This document shows, one piece after another, positions 1 through 11,400 of a DNA stretch of 59,194 nt; position 1 is the first letter of the stretch; every line of letters starts with the position of its first letter. A program made the position numbers and the translations under genes. The notes under the pieces were generated by a model. The model was given only the letters and a program-made list of their open reading frames with translations. It was not told the DNA's origin and did not search any database. The stretch comes from Octopus bimaculoides (Eukaryota). The DNA lies in contig NC_068982.1 in NCBI RefSeq assembly GCF_001194135.2, positions 27,529,237-27,588,430 on the forward strand. The letters run 5' to 3'.

Positions 1-177
1 GCAAAAAAATGCTAAGCTGCATTTCGTCTGTCATTATGTTCTGAGTTCAAATTCCACTGATGTCGACTTTGCCCTTGTGGCAAAATTTGAAACCATTAAC
101 ATTGTTGTTGTTGTTGTTGTTGTTATAAACCTGACTTATGCTGAAATGGCTTTTCTATATGGTTAGCTCCACTCTTA

Positions 178-560
178 GGAGGCGCAATGGCCCAGTGGTT
201 AGGGCAGCGGACTCGCGGTCATAGGATCGCAGTTTCGATTCCAAGACCGAGCGTTGTGAGTGTTTATTGAGCGAAAACACCAAAAGCTCCACGAGGCTCC
301 ACGAGGCTCCGGCAGGGGATGGTGGCGAACCTTGCTGTAGTCTCTCACCACAACTTTCTCTCACTTTTACTTCCTGTTTCTGTTGTACCTGTAATTCAAA
401 GGGTCAGCCTTGTCACACTGTGTCACGCTGAATATCCCCGAGAACTACGTTAAGGGTACACGTGTCTGTGGAGTGCTCAGCCACTTGCACGTTAATTTCA
501 CGAGCATCAACTGGAACCCTCGATGTCGAAAGCGACGGAGTGCCAACAACAACAACAACA
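178..560 (+). mobile_element. Full-length tRNA-derived SINE (octopus OR-type) with (AAC)n tail
   Basis: Pol III A/B-box head (tggcccagtggttagg...gtttcgattcc), (AAC)n tail, 11-bp target-site duplication agctccactct at 165-175 and 560-570; second copy at 9510. Confidence 0.85.
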
Positions 561-1151
561 GCTCCACTCTCCATCTATATTTGGTACTTATTGACATACT
601 TTATCTAATGAGATTCAATGTTTTTCGACATAAATTGGCTGGAACAGTTTCTCTCTGTGCATGATTCTCCCAGTAAGCATGTCTGATGTGTGTGTGTGTG
701 TATGCATGCACACTCACATGGGGGAAGCATGCTAATACATATGTACATTCATACACATATGCACACACGGCCATGCAGTCATATGCACGCACAGACACAT
801 GCATTCATATACATGTGTGCATGTGTGTGTATTTTGTGAGTGTGTGTGTATGTGTATGTGTGTGTTGTGTGTGTGTGTGTGTGTGTGCATGAGTAAGAGG
901 TGCTGACTATGAATGAACGCCAGTGCCATTGTTTCTTTAAATATGACTTAATATTTAATACAATTGGTGGAAAGACAATAGAGAAAGAGGAAGGGGGGGA
1001 GCAAAAATAAAGGTGAAAGAGAGAATGAGAAAAAGAAAGAGAAAGAGGGAGAGTGACAAGGCAAAGGGAGAGAAGAGAGGAACAAAAGTAAATTTGGACA
1101 GTCTACTTATTGCCCTCCAGTATTGAACATAAATAGGAAGTCATAAGGTTA

Positions 1152-1175
1152 CTCCTCCTCCTCCTCCTCCTCCTC

Positions 1176-1213
<38 letters not shown>

Positions 1214-1300
1214 TCCACCACCACCACCACTACCACTAACACCAACAACACCAATAGTAGTAGTAGTAGTAGTAGTAGTAGCAATTGTTGTAGTAGTAAT
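1152..1300. repeat. Compound trinucleotide microsatellite (CCT)n(ACT)n(ACC)n(AGT)n
   Basis: Read directly. Confidence 0.95.
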
Positions 1301-1399
1301 TTCTTTATCAACTTCAAAGACTTACCTGTATAACACAAAATATTACATACAAAAAGAAGAGTTACAAAACATGCAGTACTGACCACATACAACATACGA

Positions 1400-1478
1400 A
1401 CAGGGATTGAGGGGGAAACATGAAGCAGGGATGGAGGGGGAAACATGAAGCAGGGATGGAGGGGGAAACATGAAACAG
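1400..1478. repeat. 25-bp tandem repeat, about 3 copies
   Basis: Unit gagggggaaacatgaagcagggatg at 1409 and 1434, partial at 1459. Confidence 0.9.
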
Positions 1479-1710
1479 GTTAAAAATGAATACAATATAA
1501 AAAATGTAGAAAGATACCTATCCACAAAGGAGCAAGAACCCACTAACTAGGGAATTCCCTTCTCTATCTTGCCTGCAATCTAAAGATGGAATTCAGTTTC
1601 ACCATTAGCTCTCACTTTTCATCGAATTTGCTCAAAGGAAGCATTTCTTACTCCATCCTCACTTTCCGTTTCAAGTGATACTTGAGGAAATTAATGAACT
1701 TTGCTTGGAT

Positions 1711-2048
1711 CAGTGGTTCTCAACCAGGGTCCACATGACCCCTGAGGGTCAATATGAGATTTTTAGATACCTACACAAGCAAATTAGTAAATTGGGAGAA
1801 AAACAGAGTATGTTAAGGCACAGAAAAAAATTTTGCTTGAGATGTGTTTATTGCAAGAAACAGTTAGGTTTTTTTTCTCTTGCTTAGTTCAGCCTACACA
1901 AGTAAATGTGTGAATAACAAAATAGGAACTTTGAAAGAAATATCTATAAAACTAGTTTATAAACATCGAATGGCTATGGTGAGGGAGTCTACCAGAATAA
2001 AATAGTAATCAAAGGGATCCATAGATAAAAAATGGTTGAAAACCACTT
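1711..2048. mobile_element. hAT-type MITE
   Basis: Ends cagtggttctcaacc ... ggttgaaaaccact; same termini as the 35972 element. No clear TSD. Confidence 0.65.
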
Positions 2049-3117
2049 TGTTAGGCAGGTAAAGATCTGTCATCAAGCTTTATAAACATGTCTACTTGTG
2101 ATGACATTGTTGATTATAGCATCACATGTCAGCAATGTTTGAACACTGAACGTGTATATGGAAAATGCCTATGTCACTCATTGCTCATTTTGGAAAGTAC
2201 TTCAGAATAAATTACACAGGTAGTTGATCTTTGTTGATGCCCAAAGTCTCACTCACTACTATTAACCCTCTAGAATGATAAAATGTTAGTATTGTCATTC
2301 AGTTTACTGACTCCATTGCCAAACTGGAAGAGAAATGTGAGCTCTTTACAACTTTCCAGATGCTAAGTTCCCAATTTTGGTTTATCCTTGCATCAAAGCT
2401 GTAATTCTGACAAAGAGAAAGACTACAGAAAGACGTGCATCACAAATGGTGACCACACCAGCTAGGTTATCTGTGACAAATGCATTTTTCTTTTAATTAT
2501 TTATTTATTCATTTATTTATCACCTTGACCAAAATTCAGCATTCAGCAGAATTGAGGACCTGGAATTGTCTAACATGCTCACAGTTCTCACATTCTTCTT
2601 CAATACCGCCAGCACTTACCAGTTCTTAAAACAGGGAATTCTCCTGCTTTGATGCCAGTTGAGGTAGTGGTCTGCCAAAGCAGGAACTAACAATGAATTT
2701 CAGAGAGAAAACCATCCAGGCCCAGAGATATACTTCCCATGCAGACAGAGACACCGTCCACTATACCAGTAACTAGAATGTAATTTTCCCACTACTGTAC
2801 TTTCTGTAACATGATTCACAGCAGACTGTCAATGTAGACATTACTCACAAAGAGGTTGGCAAATGCTACTAAAAAATTTGCTCAGAATAGGGCATCATAT
2901 TATTCCACAGTCTGTCAGAGATTTTATTGTGGACTCAGTTTCCACTTAGCTGAATCACAGCACAATCTCTGAGGGATCTGCCCTTGTCGTATCTTGACCT
3001 ATGTAGCCTTCATACTTGAAGAAGTGTTGAAGTTCCATTTTTATTGTTATCACTTCAACTATGAAGTCTTAAAGTTAGCTATTAACTCTTTCCTCGTTAT
3101 AACACTGTCAACTAATA

Positions 3118-3720
3118 AGCGCAGGCATGGCTGTGTGGTAAGAAGCTTGCTTCCCAACCACATGGTTCCAAGTTTAGTCCCACTGTGCGACACCCTGTCT
3201 TCTACTATAAGTGTCTTTTACTATAGCCTTGGGCTGACCAAAGCCTTGTGAGTGGATTTGATAGACAGAAAGAAGCCCATAAGATATATATATATATATA
3301 TATCATCATCATCATCATCATCGTTTAACGTCCGCTTTCCATGCTAGCATGGGTTGGACGATTTGACTGAGGACTGGTGAAACCGGATGGCAACACCAGG
3401 CTCCAGTCTGATTTGGCAGAGTTTCTACNNNNNNNNNNNNNNNNNNNNNNNNNNNNNNNNNNNNNNTATATATATATATATATGTATATAACTGTATGTG
3501 TGTCTTTGTGTCTGTATTTGTCAACCCATCACTGCTTCACAACCGGTGTTGGTGCATTTACGTTCCCATAACTTTGCAATTTGGTAAAAGAAACTGATAG
3601 AATAAGTATTAGGTTTTACAAAAATAAGTCATGAAATCAATTTGTTCAATGAAACCATTCAAGGTGGTGCTCCAGCATGGCTTCAGTTGAATGACTGAAA
3701 CAAATAAAAGAATAAAAGAA
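3118..3720 (+). mobile_element. tRNA-derived CORE-like SINE with nested RTE-tail insertion
   Basis: Head ggcgcaggcatggctgtgtggtaagaagcttgc, body, tail gctccagcatggc...aaagaataaaaga. The family recurs at about 18230, 22360, 33680, 37244, 37670, 38330, 38580, 39700, 43690, 44870, 46410, 47316 and 53810. Confidence 0.8.
3300..3428 (-). mobile_element. Young RTE-type 3' tail element ending in (GAT)n, cut by a gap
   Basis: Matches 58995-59118 base for base by eye; family also at about 5490, 6360, 15470, 22650, 23190, 38010, 40430, 41290, 43850, 48710, 51200 and 55400. Confidence 0.8.
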
Positions 3721-6624
3721 TAATATTTCATTACCAATTCTATTGTAATTTTCCTATTCAGATCCATCATCTGTAGTTTTTCTGACATCCATCAATTCCT
3801 ACATGTTAATACAGTCACTGTAGGCTTTGTGAACCAAAAACAATCCATTTTAACTGTCTGTTTATCCTAAATTGACCATATAGATCATTAAATTGTAGTC
3901 TATGTGGTAAATGAGCAGAAAATCTGGGCAAAACTCTTTTCCATTATTATGTAATTGATATATACAAGACAATTTAATAACATCTGATGAGATTTAAGAG
4001 GTTCTTGCCTCTTTCCACCTAAGTACTAGTACCATCTGATCCAAGCATATATTCAAGATGTTATTCCAGTTATACCATCCAATAAAACCAGAATATATAC
4101 CCAGAATAATCTCCAGATGCCCATTGAAGTTTGACCATTTCACTTTAAGTCACCATATTTACTACTGTTCATGTCCTGGATGACCAGCCTGTTGTTCTGG
4201 TGCCTAAACATTGTCCTTTACCTTAAAATCTAGGCTTTTCCTAAATAACACAGTCACTTCACACAACTCGAGATGATTGAAAGAAAGCATGCCTTGTAGT
4301 CTACCAGGAAAAGCATAGGCATCTTATCAATGGCTACCACATCTAAATCAGATTATTTGAGATTGTTGAATGGGTGGCAGTACTGTCTGACTGTCACTAG
4401 CTACATGTATTCACAAATCTGATTTTCCATTGTGCCATAGTTCCTTCTAGTCAATGGGAAATTAATAGAATTGGTGGATACTTGACCCAGAGCTCTTTTT
4501 GTCTTTTTATTCCTCTTTGGAGGACCAGAAGGGAACCACTAGTATTTTCAGCTATGATGTCCTCCACATCCTCTGGAGAGAATGAATCCTCCTAGCTGTT
4601 AATAAACTTTCAGTGTGATTCTCACAAACAATTTTTTTTTGTTTTAATGTACAGAACAAGTCTTTTATCTCATCTCCAGCTAGTAAAATGATTTTCTTAT
4701 CTAATTTCATCTTCCCCAGCAGCTCCATCAAATCTACTTTCTCCTTTCAGACAATTGTGAAGTTGTGATACAGCTGGGAGACAGCCAAGAAAAACAGAAA
4801 AAAACTTTGATTGGCTGATATTATTCATACCATAACGAAACAGAGGTATTTAAAATACAAAAGCAGCATCCAAGGTAAAGATCAGCCAATTGAAATTTTT
4901 GAAAACTAAAGACCAATGTAAGAGAATCTGGTATCTAAAGCTGACTAATTACAATAACAGACATATTTTAGTTTTATTAGACCTCTTCAACCAACCATAT
5001 TCTGCTCAGTTGTCAAGACTTTGAACTGATCAGTATATTTTATCATCTACATTGTTTGTTTTCTCTGGAAATTTTTGGCTAATTGATCATATTGGAGTTG
5101 TCTCCCTTAGATTTTAAACACTACTTCAGAGAGTTTTTATCTTCTACATGTGTGGGTAATCTTTCTTCCACTCACTGTATTTGAGACTCTACTGTATCTG
5201 TATTTAGTAAACAGAGCATTCCTCTGAAGTACTTCACTCAGCCATATTATGGATATAATATAATACATTAATGCTTGATGCATTCAAATCAATGACCACC
5301 TCCTTTTCATAATGACTTCTTTATTTCCATCAGCTAATGAGTATATCCCAACCTCTTCTACTTCACCTCCTCATTATATGCATTAATATAGAAATGAAGT
5401 CAGCTGCTTTTCATTAAAAGTCCAAATCGCCTTTGTATGAATGTGTTTGTGTGTGCAGGTATATGTGTTATTTTGTGAATAAGTTATCATCATCATCATC
5501 ATCATCATCATTTAACATCCATTTTCTATACTGGCATGGGTTGGACAGTGTGACAGGAGCTTGTAAGGTCAAGGGCTGCACCAGGCTCCACTGTCCATTT
5601 TGGCATGGTTTCTACAGCTGGATGTCTTTCCTAACACCAACCACTTTACTGAGTGTACTTGGTGCTTTTTATGTGGCTCTAGCACCAGTGCTTTTTATGA
5701 GGCACCAGCACCAGTACTTTTCCACATGACCAAACCAACACAGTTTTCTCTCTTGCATCCCTACATCTAATTCCCCTTATGCCTAACTTTTCTCTCAATG
5801 CACTAGCACTCTGTCACACATATGCACTGACATTGCATATCCAGTGAAGCATACTAGCTTCATTCATCTCTAGTCTTCACATGTTCTCTGCATTCAGGGC
5901 CCACATTTTACTACCCCATAGCATTGCTGTTCATACACATGCATCATACAATCCTCCTTTCATTCAGAGAGAGAGAGGGGGACAGGTGTTTGGTAGCCAA
6001 CAGATATAAAAGTTCTCTGATTTTTCTTCATTCTACTTTTATTCTAGCAATTACACTCTTGGTACATCCTTTTCACTACCAATTAGGTCACCTAAGAAGC
6101 AGAAATTATCCACTACCGCCAAAGAACCACCAGATCATTTGAGAAAATCAATTTCCCATGTATCTGTAGACTTTATGACTCCTGTACATCTTCCATATAC
6201 AAACAATACTTTTTATGTTTTACTCTTCCTATTATTCCACTGCATCTTTTATGTGTCCATAGCTTGTACTGGGTACACTGTATGGAATTCCTGCCCACAC
6301 CTTCCTTTCCGATATATTGGGCAGGGCCATATACCTGAAGCAGGTAGGGTCCTGTTCTTAAAAAGCATCCAGTCCACACTGTAAAGTGGTTGGCATTTGG
6401 GAGGGCATCCAGCTGTAAAAACCTTGCCAAAACTGACCTTGCCTGTGCTTGTGCCACTTAAAAAGCACTCACTCCATTCTGCTGGGTGGTTGGTGTTACG
6501 AAGGGCATTCAGCAGTAAAATCTCTGCCAAAAACAGAAGTCTGGTGCAGGCTCCTGCCTGGCTAGCTCCTGTCAACCTGTCCAACCCATGTCAGCATGAA
6601 AGGCAGATGTTAAACGACGATGGT

Positions 6625-6783
6625 GATGTTGTTGTTGTTGTTGTTCTTAATGATGATGATGATATGATGATGATGATGATGATGATATATGTGTGTGAGT
6701 GCATGTGTATGTGTATGTTTGTGTGTGTATGTGTATGTATGTATGTATGTATAGATAGATAGATAGATAGATAGATAGGTAGA

Positions 6784-6853
<70 letters not shown>

Positions 6854-6912
6854 AACATACATACATACATACATACATACATACATACATACATACATAC
6901 ATACATACATGC
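6625..6912. repeat. Compound microsatellite (GTT)(GAT)(GT)(ATGT)(AGAT)(AGAC)(ACAT)
   Basis: Read directly; source of several low-complexity ORFs. Confidence 0.95.
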
Positions 6913-6921
6913 ATATAGTAA

Positions 6922-7130
6922 TGGTGAGCTGGCAGAATTGTGATCATGCTAGACAAAATGCTTAGCAACATTTCTTTCAGCTTTGTGTTTTAAGTTCAAA
7001 TTCTGCCAAGATAAACTTTGCTTTTTATTCTTTTGGGGTCAATAACATAAGTACCAGCCAAGCATTGTGGTCAATGTATTTGATTAACCCCCTCACTCAA
7101 AATTATTGGCCTTGTACTAGTAGCAGAAGG
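6922..7130 (+). mobile_element. tRNA-derived SINE with Meta-like central domain
   Basis: ggtgagctggcagaa...aaactttgcttttattcttttggggtcaataa...aagtacc. Related copies at 1-95, 10210-10405(-), 32500-33130(-), 35500-35710(-), 40680-40840(-), 42340-42570(-), 52800-53030 and 58885-58995. Confidence 0.7.
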
Positions 7131-7312
7131 ATATTTATATATTGTTATATTTATTACTTTTATGTGTTGTCATGCTCACGTTACTATGTATGTTGTTGCA
7201 TTTGACTGTTTCTATGCAAGTGCTATTTATAGGTGCTGTTATCTATGTTTGTGTTAGCAATTGAAAAGGTATATGATAAATATGTTTTGTATATGGTAAA
7301 TTTTTTTACAAA

Positions 7313-7343
7313 TCTATATATATAAAAATGAGAATGTGTGTCA

Positions 7344-7381
<38 letters not shown>

Positions 7382-7774
7382 GTGAATCCCTAAAATTCGA
7401 GAACTACGCAACCAATTTCATTCAAATTTTACAAATGCCTTACTTAGGGTTCCAGTTGTGTTTTAGTCTAAATAAATTTTAACTTCTTGCAGAGTTCGAG
7501 CCCACGGTAACATAATATCTCCTCCACTATTTAAGTATTACGTGTCAAAAGTGAAATAAAAACACTCATGTCAAATACTTTCACTTTAAAAATGAAACTA
7601 TTCTACTAACTGAAACAATCACATTTCGATACTGTTATAACAGATACTTTCAGAAAGAGAGAGAAAGAGAGAGAGAGAGAGATGTATATGTATACATATA
7701 GATGTATATGTACACGTTATTCCACTAACTGAAACAATCACATTTCGATACTGTAATGACAGATACTTTCAGAG

Positions 7775-7805
<31 letters not shown>

Positions 7806-8475
7806 GATGTATATGTATACATATACAAGTATATGTACACGTATATGCATAGATATATATATATAGATATAGATATAGATCTATATGCATACATGTATAT
7901 GTATACACATGTGTAGATGTATATATATATATATATATAGATGTACATGTAATATGTACACATATATATACATATATATACATGCATACAGATATCTATA
8001 CATATATACACCCATCACACACAAACGCATNNNNNNNNNNNNNNNNNNNNNNNNNNNNNNNNNNNNNNNNNNNNNNNNNNNNNNNNNNNNNNNNNNNNNN
8101 NNNNNNNNNNNNCTTACATTGTGATTTCTGCAATGTGGTGCATAAATTGTCAAGTAAATGAGACGCATCTTTGCCTCCACTGATTCACTTGCAAAGTGTT
8201 GAGTAAAATTATTTCGTTGCAGACCTCCTTTGGGTCTTTTTATTATCACTACGACACACATAGTCCCCAGTTGGTAACATTGATTTCAAGGCCCTCCTAG
8301 ATGAGAGACTGGCATTCCACTTAATGTCTATGTTCCATGCTGGCATGGATTGGAGAGTTATTAATGTAGAAATATGGTATCGTAGCTACTAACAGTTGAG
8401 GGTTGCGTAGTCTAGACGGCGTTTTTAGATTTCATTATTCTCTTTAACCCGGGCAAAGCCGGGTATTTCTGCTAG
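7313..8475 (+). mobile_element. Non-autonomous Helitron, both ends intact
   Basis: 5' TC terminus (a|tctatatatataaaaatgag), 3' hairpin acccgg-gcaaag-ccgggt (8447-8464), CTAG end (8472-8475), inserted between A and T. Internal duplication at about 7604-7830. Confidence 0.85.
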
Positions 8476-8489
8476 TATCCTATAAATAC

Positions 8490-11400
8490 AATAGGTGCAA
8501 AATTCTTCTCAGTATCTCCAAGACTTAGCACAAAATTCTCATTCATCTGTATGTGTAGACTACAAATATAAAAAACCCTTTGCAAACAACTTAAAACCTT
8601 ACAATAATTTTAGTTTGTATTCTTTTTCATTTCAAATCTGTTCATTCCAGACACTCATGCACCCATTTACCAAAGCATGCATTCCATACTATCTTTTACT
8701 ATCTTTCTCCATAGATATGTTAGTCCCTCAATTTCTAAACTGGCAAATACCATACTTCTACTCTTTATTTTTGTCTTTTAGAAAATGGTGGTAACATAAT
8801 TAATACAGGAAGCGATAAAAACTAACTTAACTAATATTGCTTTTTTTCTTTCAAGTAGATGATATCTCTGAGTTATTTATTCTGTAGATAATTCCCTTTA
8901 ATAATTTTAATCATTTTATCTCTCATGATATCATTATTTACGGTTAGCTTTTCATTCTCCGCTTGCGTTAAATATGTTAGCACTAACTTAATCATTGTTA
9001 TATATGTGGATAGTATTTCAGAGCTTTCTCACTGTATATATTATACAAAATATTTGATTTGAGAAAGCATGCTGAAATATTAATGGTATTTTAGAAGAAT
9101 TCATATTTTTTGTTTGTTGAATCACATGTACTAATGTTATTGAATGGTAGGCATATCACCCTGCCTTCTTTAATAGAATTTACCTATTACAAGCATTGAA
9201 ACAAAGTTTTAGCATCCTGCAGATTTTCAGGCTGATCAACTACTGCATCGTTTTCACAAATGCGAGATAGTGTGCAAAGGTTATGGGCATGACCCTGCCT
9301 TCCCTGACAAACTAATAAAAATTATAGATATTTTCTTTTTTATATAGTCAATAAAATATAAAAACTTTGTTATACACCTATGATATGGCCAATTATAATC
9401 TCTCTCACTCTCTCTCTCTCTCTCTTTCTCTTTTTCCCTTTCTCATTTCTCTCTCTCTCCCTCTCTCTCATTCTTGCTCTTTCTTTACTTTATATCCATT
9501 TCTTGTCGTGGAGGCGCAATGGTCCAGTGGTTAAGGTAGCGGACTCGCGGTCATAGGATCGCGGTTTCGATTCCCAGACCGGGCGTTGTGAGTGTTTATT
9601 GAGCGAAAACACCTAAAGCTCCACGAGGCTCCGGCAGGGGATGGTAGCAAACCCTGCTGTACTCTTTCACCACAACTTTCTCTCACTCTTACTTCCTGTT
9701 TCTGTTATGCCTGTAATTCAAAGGGCCAGCCTTGTCACGCTGAATATCCCCGAGAACTACGTTAAGGGTACACATGTCTGTGGAGTGCTCAGCCACTTGC
9801 ACATTAATTTCACGAGCAGGCTGTTCCGTTGATTGGATCAACTGGAACCCTCGACGTCGTAAGCGACGGAGTGCCAACAACAACAACAACAATCCATCTC
9901 CTGTTATAATCTTTCCACACCTGTGCCAATTGGACATTCCCAATGTTCATTTTATAAATATTTAAACATTTTATTAAATTCGAAACAGGTACAAAAAAAA
10001 TATGTATGATGACAAATTTCTAATGGAAGCAAAAAGTGAGCAACAAAATAATGTTTTGTAAATCTGAATAAAGAGGTTACAGGGCATTCAAAAATGAGTT
10101 CTATGAAAAGGTCCAATCAAAAGGTACACTATCACCACCTCTTTTCTTTTTATCATTATTTCTATAAAACAGACTCTTTAACCAATCTTGCCAATGTTGA
10201 TTCCAAATTTTGGCATAAGGTCAGCAAATTCAGGAAGGGAAAAGTTAGTTACATCAATCTCCAATAATCAACTGGTATGTATCCTATCGACCCCAAAAAG
10301 ATGAAAGACAAAGTAAACTTTGGCGGAATTTGAACTCAGAAAATAAGGACGGAAGAAATACTGCAAAGCATTTTTCCCGGCATGCTAACGATTTTGCCAG
10401 CTCGGCGCCAAGTCTTTCCAATATTAATTATACAGGGCGCGGTAGAAAGGTTGCCCCGATTTCAAAGGTTAATGAAATACAAACAATTTTGTATTTCTAT
10501 GAAGTACATTAAATTCTCTCCACTCCAGGCCATGGTGGGTACTACCTGAAAAAGAAAATAAAATGGCATTTAATGAACTTTATAGAAATCCAAAGTTTTT
10601 TTATGCATCTTCATGCGTTTATTTTTTATTAACCTTTGAAATCGGGGCAGCCTTTCTGCCGCACCCTGTATTTTCTGCATTTTTTCACATAATGGAAAAT
10701 TACACTTACTTTGAAGTTACCTCCCTTGCACTCTATCCAGGGACGTAATTCTATTGGAAATGCACTCAAATTTGTCCGTCAATCTTCTGGTGAGAAGATT
10801 GTCACTGAAATAAGGCCTTAAAATAAAGCCTTATCAAGTTTAACTTTACTATCCGAAAATAAGAAATTGTCAAATTGTCAGTAGTCGCTCAACAGTGAAC
10901 CAGACTATAGAAAGAAAATTTATTCAAATCACCAAAGCACACACACACATTTGTATAGGTATCCCTTGAAAAACCAGTTTGCATATAGTGAATTGACTTG
11001 ATCAACAAACTGTAAACACATTAGACATGTATGTAAAGGAAATATTGCTTTTTAGTATGATTATGGATACACGATATTTGTATCGGTATGTATAAATGTT
11101 TATAATTATGTGCAATTAGTCAAACTATACTGATGAAGGTAGGAGATTTTACATCTCTGAACCAGAAATCGATCTATAATTAAACCTCAATCCATGCTTT
11201 TCATTAGTGCTCTTGTTATTATAATTATATATATATATATATATAATTATATATACTCATATATATGTATATAATTATATATATACATATATTTATATAT
11301 GTGTGTGTGTATGTAAAATAAATTCAAAAAGGGATAAAACTCTTTTACAAGAATTTTATCAAGAAGCCAGTGTGTAAAAAAATTCATATGGGAAATTTCT

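Larger units (their letters stand above)
2450..5400 (-). mobile_element. Heavily degraded L1/Tx1-like LINE interrupted by younger SINEs (about 3118-3720)
   Basis: Minus-strand remnants: VIDLNA (endonuclease GDFNA-like, about 5300), AYAFPGRLQG (QxAFxPGR-like, 4291-4320), Cys-rich C-terminal remnant near 2560-2620. Many stops. Confidence 0.4.

Noticed and set aside
1326-1378. Minus-strand exon-like block TACFVTLLFVCNILCYT ending AG|gtaagt
   Set aside because: Good donor but poor acceptor and no link to the other candidate exons; left unresolved.
601-1446. ORFs rich in VC/HT/poly-L/poly-V
   Set aside because: Translations of (GT)n and trinucleotide microsatellites.
6591-8124. Several long ORFs (MYVC, LSIY, YIYI repeats)
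   Set aside because: Tetranucleotide and dinucleotide arrays, some running through N gaps.
10742-10790. + strand exon reading GRNSIGNALKFVRQSS
   Set aside because: Splice sites are acceptable, but the GC-richer patch boundaries fit the overlapping minus-strand exon better.
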